NCBI RefSeq assembly: GCF_018398935.1
Contig: NZ_CP074694.1
Span: 1,890,001-1,922,000, forward strand
DNA from: Telmatocola sphagniphila
GTDB taxonomy: Bacteria; Planctomycetota; Planctomycetia; Gemmatales; Gemmataceae
Reading direction: 5' to 3'
DNA length: 32,000 nucleotides
Part shown: positions 1 to 7,028 of the stretch, one piece after another
Position numbering within the stretch: the stretch's first letter is position 1
How the letters are laid out: each line of letters begins with the position of its first letter
Position numbers and translations under genes: made by a program
The notes under the pieces: model-generated
The model's input: only the letters and a program-made list of their open reading frames with translations
Databases searched by the model: none
What the model was told of the DNA's origin: nothing

Positions 1-1
1 G

Positions 2-688
2 CTGGCCGACATCAAGCAGAAGGCCGACCGCGACACGATCGTTTCGCGCTTCCGCGGCCTGCAGCAGGACCTAGATGCCCTCGGCATCCGGCTTCGCCTG
101 CTGGAATGGCTCTACCGCAGCGAGTGGACCGTCCCGGTCGATCCCGAACTGAGCGAAGTCTCCGGGGAAGACGCCGTCCAGGAAACGGCCAAGCTCTTCG
201 CCGGGGTGTTCGCCTCGCGCCGCCTGAATCTCAATGTGGTCAATCAGGGGGGCTGGCTGAGCGTCGATAAGGACACGCTGACCGCGGCCCTGATGGGCCT
301 GCTCAATTTCGCCTGCAAGGCCAGTAGCGGCGATCGCCTGGAAGTCAAAATTGAAAAACTGCCGCCGACGCCGGAACTCACCGAAGGCTGGATGTGCTTC
401 ACCCTCTCGGGCGAATGGCAGCCGACCGTCTGGAACCAGACGGCCAGCATCGACTCCCTGAGCAATGAAGCGCTGATTGCGGACGCGACTTTGGGTCTGG
501 CCGTGGCCAACCGGGTCGCCCGGCGCTTGCAAGGGGTCTGTCGGGCCGAGGAAAGTTCCGATTTCCGCCGCTGCATCAAGCTCTACGTGCCGACCCGACT
601 GCCCAGTCCGATCACGACGGTTTCCGAAAACGAAGTGGGCCCCCGCGAAGAACTCTGTCTGGGCTGGAAGCTCGCCAGCGTTGTCTAA
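2..688 (+). CDS. Histidine-kinase-like ATPase (HATPase_c) protein, C-terminal part; the 5' end lies upstream of the window
   Basis: Frame 2 is open from the window edge (LADIKQKADRDTIVSRFRGLQQDL...) to TAA at 686-688. Track ORF 206..688 is only its GTG-initiated tail. N-box-like LMGLLNFACKASSGD and G2-like DATLGLAVANRVARRL are present. The G1 (DxGxG) position reads TLSGEW, so it is degenerate. Confidence 0.7.
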   Translation: MADIKQKADRDTIVSRFRGLQQDLDALGIRLRLLEWLYRSEWTVPVDPELSEVSGEDAVQETAKLFAGVFASRRLNLNVVNQGGWLSVDKDTLTAALMGLLNFACKASSGDRLEVKIEKLPPTPELTEGWMCFTLSGEWQPTVWNQTASIDSLSNEALIADATLGLAVANRVARRLQGVCRAEESSDFRRCIKLYVPTRLPSPITTVSENEVGPREELCLGWKLASVV

Positions 689-731
689 AGAGCCCCAACT
701 TACGAATGCCATCCCCCTGGAGAATCGATCC

Positions 732-1523
732 ATGAGTGCCGAGTTGAACGCCAGCCTCGATCAGCCGACCGAAGATGCCCTGCAGCTGGTTTGGAAAGAA
801 CAAGCCGATCTCAAAGCCGTCACGCTGTTGCGACGCTCGGGCATCACCGACGGAACGATCCATCGGACCATGTCGGTCGTCCACGGCACGCAGCCGTATA
901 AGCACAACCACTACCACGACGAGGAGTTCTTCCGCGCCGACCCCGCCAAGGGAACCTTGAGTAATCCCTACGGCCAGCGCATGATGCGGGTCTCCGAGGA
1001 TTTCGTGGTGGCCCTGCTGGGGGCTTTGGAAGACGAAGTCGGCCAGGGGGGCGCTCGCGAGATCATGTACAAGTGCGGCTTCCAGTGGGGCCTGCGCGAC
1101 ATGAAGCATTTTCTGCCGCGCATGCAGGCCGAGTTCGAAGCCGAACTGGACCGGCAGCGCATGGACTTCCTGGCGGAGACCTGGTGGTGGCCGTTGACCA
1201 TCACCGGCTGGGGCACCTGGCGCTACGACTTCCGGCAGCGCGATAAGGGCCTGCTCTTCATCGAGCTGTACGAATCGGCGGTCGCCCAGTCGGTCGGCGA
1301 TATCGGCTCGGTGATCTGCTACTTCTACGCCGGCCTGTTCGCTTCGACCTTCAGCGTCTTAAGCAAGCGGTCTCTCGGCTGCGTCGAGATGCAGTGCTAC
1401 GCCACCGGCGAAGACTACTGCAAGTTCGTAATTTCCGACTACAAGAAAGTCGATGCCGCGGCGTTCTGGCGGGGCGAAGGAGCCACCGCGAGCGACATCA
1501 TGAAACGCCTCCAAAACATGTAA
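732..1523 (+). CDS. V4R (4-vinyl-reductase-like) domain protein
   Basis: ATG at 732 is in frame with track ORF 477..1523, whose upstream extension overlaps the preceding CDS and is Arg/Pro-rich junk. It is preceded by GGAGAA. The C-terminal LGCVEMQCYATGEDYCKFVISDY resembles the V4R signature (E..C...G...C.F.I). The GxG-rich middle (YKCGFQWG, TITGWGTW) is typical of the family. Confidence 0.7.
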   Translation: MSAELNASLDQPTEDALQLVWKEQADLKAVTLLRRSGITDGTIHRTMSVVHGTQPYKHNHYHDEEFFRADPAKGTLSNPYGQRMMRVSEDFVVALLGALEDEVGQGGAREIMYKCGFQWGLRDMKHFLPRMQAEFEAELDRQRMDFLAETWWWPLTITGWGTWRYDFRQRDKGLLFIELYESAVAQSVGDIGSVICYFYAGLFASTFSVLSKRSLGCVEMQCYATGEDYCKFVISDYKKVDAAAFWRGEGATASDIMKRLQNM

Positions 1524-1537
1524 TTTCCGGAGAGACC

Positions 1538-2185
1538 ATGCTCGATACATCCCGTTCGCTGCGACTGAAGGGCAATTTTTTCGCTCGTCCGGACTGGTTC
1601 CGCACCGACGTGACCCGGGGCGTGACCCGCAATCCCCTCGGGGAACGGGTCTGCACGCTGACCAGCGACTTTCTGCTCGGCTTTCGCGATGCCATGATCT
1701 ACGAATGCGGCCCGGCCGCTTCGGCCGTTCTGAAATCGGCCGGCAAGCGCTGGGGCGGCCAGTTCGCCCACCGCCTCGATAAGGCGGTCAAGGAATTCTA
1801 CGGCACCCCCTGGCGGGAATTGCAGCGCGGCGTGCAGATCACCGTGCTGACCGAAGCCTTCGCCGCGCACGGCTGGGGCCGGTTGTCGGTCGATTGGGAA
1901 CGCTGGCCCGATTATCTGGGCGTGCGTCTGGAAAACTCGATCTATCCCGATCTGATCCTGCAGGCGGACAAGCCCTCGGACGCGCTGTTCGCCGGCTTTT
2001 TGAAATCGATTTTCGAATATCTGCTGGAAACGCAGCTGGAGTGCCTGCAGACCGATTGCCCCACCTGCGAAGCGACGGCGAGTGGTTTCGTTCTGGGTAC
2101 GCCGGCGGCGATCCAGGACGTGGAAGCGCGGTTTGCGAAAACGTTGGGACGGGAAGGGACGCTGCGCGAAGTGCTCGCGTCCTGA
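1538..2185 (+). CDS. Second, more divergent V4R-like protein
   Basis: ATG at 1538 lies 14 nt after the previous stop and is preceded by GGAGAGA; the track start 1394 overlaps the upstream gene. The layout parallels the first V4R protein (GERVCTLTSDFLLGF..., GWGRLSVDW..., C-terminal LECLQTDCPTCEATASGFVLG), but the terminal motif is degenerate. Confidence 0.6.
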   Translation: MLDTSRSLRLKGNFFARPDWFRTDVTRGVTRNPLGERVCTLTSDFLLGFRDAMIYECGPAASAVLKSAGKRWGGQFAHRLDKAVKEFYGTPWRELQRGVQITVLTEAFAAHGWGRLSVDWERWPDYLGVRLENSIYPDLILQADKPSDALFAGFLKSIFEYLLETQLECLQTDCPTCEATASGFVLGTPAAIQDVEARFAKTLGREGTLREVLAS

Positions 2186-2218
2186 AAGTGAATTGAGAAC
2201 TTAACCTAAGGAATTTCC

Positions 2219-2689
2219 ATGAATCCCTGGCTGATTACTCTCGTCAAGGACGCCAACGAGCGATTGCTGACCGAAAAGGAAGTGGAACGCTTTATTGCCT
2301 TTCTGGACACCCTGCCCGCTCGGATCAAGCTGAGCGAGGACCTGGAAAAGTTCGAGCCGGAAATCCTCGCGGCCCTGACCAAGGAACTGCCGGCGGCCTA
2401 TCCCGACCGACCCGGCTACAGCCGCCTGGTGATTCAGGACGTCGTCGAATCGCTGCGGCACCTGTTCGTTTCGGTCTTCGTGGACGAACCCGAATTCCTG
2501 AAACTGCGCTGGACCGATTCGCTCGTGAGTTCGCTGCGGCAGTCGGGACTGGACGAGGAGTGGGCCGCCGACATTTACAAGGCGATCGACGAGAAACTCA
2601 AAAAGTTGCTGCGCGGCCCGTCGCTGGAACTATACCGGCCGGCCATGGATCAATTGCTCGACAGTCTGGTCGTTTCCGTAGCCGTCTAA
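2219..2689 (+). CDS. Phycobiliprotein-like globin (phycobilisome-protein fold), cysteine-free, paralog A
   Basis: 156 aa, all-helical-looking sequence. The N-terminal DANERLLTEKEVERFIAF, then ...ILAALTKELPAAYPD..., then RLVIQDVVESLRHLF follow the order of phycobiliprotein landmarks (D.qGRyL..tEl; ..yP..; .RD..yyLR) as I remember them. AAGGA Shine-Dalgarno upstream. The protein has zero Cys. Confidence 0.6.
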   Translation: MNPWLITLVKDANERLLTEKEVERFIAFLDTLPARIKLSEDLEKFEPEILAALTKELPAAYPDRPGYSRLVIQDVVESLRHLFVSVFVDEPEFLKLRWTDSLVSSLRQSGLDEEWAADIYKAIDEKLKKLLRGPSLELYRPAMDQLLDSLVVSVAV

Positions 2690-2707
2690 CCCCTTGCGGA
2701 GAATCTC

Positions 2708-3229
2708 ATGCTTCTGTCCGTGATGACCAAACTCGATGGACGTTACCTCAAAAGCCGCGAACGCGCGGACTTAAAGGCCTACATCGGCACCATTCGCAAC
2801 CGCCGCACGGCCTACGATGAAATCCGCCGCAAGGCGCTGCCGGTCGCCGAAGGCGTCATCGCCGAGCAGCGCAAACGCTACCCCGATTTTGCCAAGATCC
2901 GGCCGCAGGGCTTCGAGAAGGGAACCCGGGACATCCACTCCCTGACCAACATCGCCGCCAACATGATGCTGCAGGAAGCGACCGAATTCTACGACAGCAT
3001 GTTCACCGAGTGGTACCGCACGATCCTCAAGGCGGTGCATATGTCGCCGCAATTTTTGCAGGACACCTTCAAGTCCTGGCAGGTCCAGCTCGAAGTGAAT
3101 CTGACCGCCGACACGCACGCCCTGCTGCGGCCGTACGTGCAGCATCTGACCGACTTTCTGTTGAACGTGCCGGTCCCCGTGAAAGATGAAACCGGCCGCC
3201 GCTTGGCCCAGATTCCCGCCTCCGTCTAA
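2708..3229 (+). CDS. Phycobiliprotein-like globin (phycobilisome-protein fold), cysteine-free, paralog B
   Basis: 173 aa. KLDGRYLKSRERADLKAY, VIAEQRKRYPDF, EKGTRDIHSLTNIAANMML and WYRTILKAVHMSPQF line up with phycocyanin/allophycocyanin landmarks (D.qGRyL, ..yP.., KCaRDigyYLR, y..al..lg.p). The canonical bilin-attachment Cys position is Gly (KGTRD). The protein has zero Cys. Confidence 0.7.
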   Translation: MLLSVMTKLDGRYLKSRERADLKAYIGTIRNRRTAYDEIRRKALPVAEGVIAEQRKRYPDFAKIRPQGFEKGTRDIHSLTNIAANMMLQEATEFYDSMFTEWYRTILKAVHMSPQFLQDTFKSWQVQLEVNLTADTHALLRPYVQHLTDFLLNVPVPVKDETGRRLAQIPASV

Positions 3230-3240
3230 GGAACTTTCCC

Positions 3241-3861
3241 ATGAGCTTACTGCACCGCGCCCGCACCGCGTCGGGCGATCTGCACCGCCGCATCGAAAAC
3301 ACGCCGCTGGCCCAGCAGCTGGCCCGCGGCACCGTCGAGCGCGACACCTACCTGCGCCTGCTCGAAGTCCTCCTGCCGATTCACACGGCGGTCGAAGCGC
3401 AACTCGCGCATCCCCCCTTGAACGTTTTGACCAATCCGAATCTGCCGCGGCGAAGCCTATTAATCGCCGACCGGGCCGCGCTGGCCGCGCCCGCCGAGCC
3501 TTTCGAATCGGAGCATCTGTCCGCCTGGCAGGAGGCCCTGCAGGAGGAGGAAGCGGTCTCCCCCTGGGTCTGGGCCGGCGCCCTCTACGTCCTCGAAGGC
3601 TCCCGGATGGGTTCGCGGATGCTGGCCAAAACCGTGGCGGCGGCGCTGCAACTCCCCCTGCAGCCCGGGCTCGGTCTAGACTACCACCTCGCGGGGTTAA
3701 GCGACGGCGGCCAAACCTGGCAGGAATTCAAAGCCTTTTTGGAAAACGCCCCAGTCACGGCGTCGGAGAGCGACAGCTTCGCCCGCGGCGTCGGACGGAC
3801 CTTTCAGGTGATGTTCGACGTCTACGAAGAGCTTTCGGGCGCCACCGCGGCACGATCTTGA
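3241..3861 (+). CDS. Heme oxygenase (biliverdin-producing, BphO/HO1 family)
   Basis: Proximal-His region TASGDLHRRIENTPL (compare T..sH...En). YLRLLEVLLPIHTAVEAQL matches the Y..lL...y..y..lE motif. ALYVLEGSRMGSRML matches the distal-helix YvlEGS.lGG motif. It starts 11 nt after the preceding stop. Confidence 0.8.
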   Translation: MSLLHRARTASGDLHRRIENTPLAQQLARGTVERDTYLRLLEVLLPIHTAVEAQLAHPPLNVLTNPNLPRRSLLIADRAALAAPAEPFESEHLSAWQEALQEEEAVSPWVWAGALYVLEGSRMGSRMLAKTVAAALQLPLQPGLGLDYHLAGLSDGGQTWQEFKAFLENAPVTASESDSFARGVGRTFQVMFDVYEELSGATAARS

Positions 3862-3887
3862 TTCCATGACGGGAAACGGAGAGCGGG

Positions 3888-5507
3888 ATGAAACGGCTGC
3901 ATTTGAAACCCCTCGGCGAAAACCTGCTGGTGGAAACCGGCGCGACTCTCCTGTCCACGCTGCTGAGCCGGCAGATGAACGTCAAAATGTCCTGCGGCGG
4001 CCGCGGCTTCTGTTCGACCTGCCGCGTCTCGATCAAACAGGGGATGGATCAGCTCTCCCCGATCGAGAATCGGGAACGCAAGACCCTCTCGCTGGTCGCC
4101 GGCGTCACCTCCGAATGCCGGCTGGCCTGCCAGTCGCGGGTCGAAGGCGAAGGGATCATCGTCGAAGTTCCCAAAGGGATGTACATCGAGCGGGCCGAGG
4201 ATCTCCTGAGCCTGCTCGGCCAGCGCGCTCCGGAAAATATCCTGCACCCGATCCATGGTTCGATTCTGATTCCCAAGGACAAGATCATCACCCGCAGCCT
4301 GCTCGAACAGTCGCGCACCCTCGAGAAGGAAGTGGAGCGGATGAAGAACCGGGCCGTCGGGGCGGGCGAATCGGACAGCCAGCTGAATTCCTCCTCGATC
4401 TCGAATTTCCGGTTTATGGCCACCGGCAGCGGCCTGGCGCCCAGCCAGGGGCTCGACTCCTTCACCTCGACGTCGATTCTGAATCTGACCACCCGGATGG
4501 ACTTTTCGAAGCACGCTTCGAAAACCGGGAATCCCTCGGCGCCGTCGTTCTCGATGCACTCGAGCGATCAGAAACTGCCGACGATCCATTCCGAAGAATC
4601 GACGCTGCCGCCCTACCTGACCCGCCCCGAACGCAAAGCCGTCGTCCTCGAGCCGGGCGCGACCGTGGGCAAGTTCCTGCTCCTCGAAGAGATCGGTAAA
4701 GGCGGCGTCGGCCTGGTCTATCGGGCCCTGCACACGAAATTGAAATCGATCGTGGCGATGAAGTTCCTGAAACCCAGTTCGCCCGGCGGCACCGGGGCGC
4801 TCCTGGAGCGCTTCGGCAACGAGGCCCGGCTCTTGGCCCAGCTCAATCACCCCAACGTGGTCCGCGTGCTGGACTTCGAAGACAACTCCGCCCTCCCCTA
4901 CGTGGTCATGGAATTCGTCGATGGCAGCAGCGCCTCGGAACTGCTCAAACAGCAGGGGCGGCTGCCGCTGGCCAAGGTCCTGAGCATCCTGTCGCAGGCG
5001 ACCCGCGGGCTGATGGCGGCCTTGCACCTGGGCATCATCCACCGCGACGTCAAGCCGGCCAACATCCTGGTCGACAAGCTGGGGATCGCCAAGCTGGTCG
5101 ATCTGGGCCTGGCCGTGCAGATGCAATCGGACGACGGCACGGAACTGGGCAAGGGCCGCGGCGCCGAAGGGACCGCCGGCTACATGTCGCCCGAGCAGCT
5201 GCAGGACGGTTCCTCGATCGACCACCGCTCGGACATCTACTCGCTGGGGGTCACCTTCTATCACCTCTTGACCGGTCGCCTGCCTTTCACCGGCAGCAAC
5301 CGCAACGAAGTCTTCTTCAAGCACATGACGGCGACGCCGACCGCCCCGCACGAGATTTGCCCGGATATGCCCGTGGAGGTCTCGCAGATCATTCTGAAGA
5401 TGATGGAGAAGCATCCCCTCGATCGGCCGCAAACCTACGAAGAGGTCCTGGCCTTGTGGGACACGGTGGCAGGAAATGCCAAGGAACTGGTGCGCAGCGC
5501 GAAGTGA
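3888..5507 (+). CDS. [2Fe-2S] ferredoxin domain fused to a Hanks-type Ser/Thr protein kinase
   Basis: N-terminus: C36-x5-C42-x2-C45 (SCGGRGFCSTCRV) plus C77/C81 (SECRLAC), a ferredoxin-like 2Fe-2S ligand pattern. A Ser-rich linker follows (~aa 150-250). C-terminal kinase motifs: GKGGVGLVYRA, VAMKFL, HRDVKPANILV, DLGLA, GTAGYMSPEQ. GGAGAG lies upstream of the ATG. Confidence 0.9.
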   Translation: MKRLHLKPLGENLLVETGATLLSTLLSRQMNVKMSCGGRGFCSTCRVSIKQGMDQLSPIENRERKTLSLVAGVTSECRLACQSRVEGEGIIVEVPKGMYIERAEDLLSLLGQRAPENILHPIHGSILIPKDKIITRSLLEQSRTLEKEVERMKNRAVGAGESDSQLNSSSISNFRFMATGSGLAPSQGLDSFTSTSILNLTTRMDFSKHASKTGNPSAPSFSMHSSDQKLPTIHSEESTLPPYLTRPERKAVVLEPGATVGKFLLLEEIGKGGVGLVYRALHTKLKSIVAMKFLKPSSPGGTGALLERFGNEARLLAQLNHPNVVRVLDFEDNSALPYVVMEFVDGSSASELLKQQGRLPLAKVLSILSQATRGLMAALHLGIIHRDVKPANILVDKLGIAKLVDLGLAVQMQSDDGTELGKGRGAEGTAGYMSPEQLQDGSSIDHRSDIYSLGVTFYHLLTGRLPFTGSNRNEVFFKHMTATPTAPHEICPDMPVEVSQIILKMMEKHPLDRPQTYEEVLALWDTVAGNAKELVRSAK

Positions 5508-5708
5508 GCGGTGGGCCGGGCGAGAATCGAAAGAAACCACGGGGGAAACGAGGCGTCGTCGCGAAACGAGGGGCACCGGCGGGAGAACAGCCGGTCGACG
5601 AGCTGAAGAGGTGAGATAGAAGAACGGAGTTAGGTCATTTCAAGCGATTTCTATAGCCCTTTCCTTACTGGGGAAGCCGTTCGAGTCGCCTTAAAGACAA
5701 AACCTGAT

Positions 5709-6884
5709 TCAAGATGTGGGACCGACGGCGCGGCCGGAGACGGAGAGGCGTTTTCCGATCAGCGCCCGTCGAATGCGCGGGGTATGGCGTTCGCAGAGAT
5801 ACCAGAAGGCCGCGCCGATCCCCAGCAACAGGCTCAAAAATCCCAGGTACTGCAGAACCGCCGGGAGATCGGGAAAACACTTCTGCGGCAGATAGAAGTG
5901 CGTGGCGATCAGAAGCACGACCGGGAAGTGAATGGTGTAAAGCGAGTAGGACAGGTCGGCGGCGGCGATGGCGATTTTCTCAAGTGCCGGTCCCAGAATC
6001 GGTATGCGCGGCCGCGGCCATTTGGCCAGGACCAGACAAAGTGTGGCGAAGGCCAGCCCGACGACCAGATCGCTCGAGACGCCCAGTCCTTCCTGCAGCC
6101 GCAGCGATTTGCTGTAGCCCAGGGACGCTCCAAAAAGCCCCAGCGTGACGAGGAGCGCAATCCAGCGGCGACGCGTCGAGAAGCGCGGCTGGATCCGGTA
6201 AACCAGAACGCCCAGTAACCAGATCAGATAGCCCAGCCAGATGCCCCGCGGCAACCCATAGGCTAACGCCGCGATCGCGCCCCCCGCGAGCAGGCGCCGC
6301 CCGAGGCCCGCCGGTTTCCCGGAAATTCCGAGCAGCAATGTGCCGAGCGGAAAGAGCACGTAGTACCAGAACTCGTTGGCCAGACTCCAGAGCGGGCTAT
6401 TGGTTCCGAAGGTCGGCACCCCGATCGTCTGGACGAAGCCGAGATTCCCCAGGAAGGTGACCAGACTCGTCGAGTAGGACCCGTCGGTTCGGGGTCCGGA
6501 GGTCCAGAGCGGGGCGTATTCACCCTGGGCCACCTCGGGATGCGCCGAGAGCGTGTACGAATCGATCAGGTAGGTCAGGACCAGCGCCGGGAGAAGCACC
6601 CCCCAGAGCCGGGTCAGCCGCGTGGTGCCATAGGCCGCCCAGGAGAAGCGGTCCCCCGCTTTGAGCACCGAGCCGCCGACGAACATGCCGCTGAGGACGA
6701 AGAAGACCATCACCGCTTCGTGGCCGAGCCCGGTGAGGCCGTAGAGCAATTTTTGGAAGAGCGTCGGGGCGGTCAATTCGGCGTAGTCGACCAGCGCCAC
6801 CGCCCGCAGGTGCCCGGCGCAGACCAGAATGGCACTGAGCCCCCGGACCAGATCCAGCCAGATATAGCGCTCGTCCTGTTTCAT
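5709..6884 (-). CDS. Membrane acyltransferase, family 3 (O-acyltransferase of polysaccharide)
   Basis: Multi-TM protein with the N-terminal MKQDERYIWLDLVRGLSAILVCAGHL signature of Acyl_transf_3. ATG at 6884 is preferred. The track start 6989 adds an Arg-rich 35 aa extension and remains possible. Confidence 0.75.
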   Translation of the reverse strand: MKQDERYIWLDLVRGLSAILVCAGHLRAVALVDYAELTAPTLFQKLLYGLTGLGHEAVMVFFVLSGMFVGGSVLKAGDRFSWAAYGTTRLTRLWGVLLPALVLTYLIDSYTLSAHPEVAQGEYAPLWTSGPRTDGSYSTSLVTFLGNLGFVQTIGVPTFGTNSPLWSLANEFWYYVLFPLGTLLLGISGKPAGLGRRLLAGGAIAALAYGLPRGIWLGYLIWLLGVLVYRIQPRFSTRRRWIALLVTLGLFGASLGYSKSLRLQEGLGVSSDLVVGLAFATLCLVLAKWPRPRIPILGPALEKIAIAAADLSYSLYTIHFPVVLLIATHFYLPQKCFPDLPAVLQYLGFLSLLLGIGAAFWYLCERHTPRIRRALIGKRLSVSGRAVGPTS

Positions 6885-7028
6885 GCTTGGGAAAAAGAGG
6901 CGAGCGAAAGAGGAACCCGCGAGGGACCCCGCGGCCCTTCGCCCGAAACGGCGAAAAAGCCGCCCAGCGAGAAGACGGGAACGCGGCATCCCGTCAGTGG
7001 GAGAAAGAGTTAGGAAAAAAATCGTCGA

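Noticed and set aside
71-733. 220 aa ORF antisense to the histidine-kinase-like gene.
   Set aside because: Shadow ORF of a GC-rich coding region. It is Arg/Gly/Ala/Pro-rich, has no recognisable motif, and fully overlaps a CDS that has clear HATPase motifs.
3822-5576. 584 aa ORF antisense to the ferredoxin-kinase gene.
   Set aside because: The composition is typical of antisense GC3 artefacts (runs of R, G, A, P, Q). The + strand frame carries complete kinase and ferredoxin motifs.
5612-5655. Short words are shared between the 3' flanks of the two acyltransferase-3 genes. TTCAAGCGATTTC (5639-5651) matches TTCAAGCAATTTC (30572-30584). GATAGAAG occurs at 5615-5622 and 30600-30607. AGAACGGA occurs at 5621-5628 and 30587-30594.
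   Set aside because: The blocks occur in a different order in the two places, so they do not form a colinear repeat. I cannot evaluate significance without a computed comparison. A dot-plot or BLASTN of 5560-5710 against 30556-30640 would settle it.
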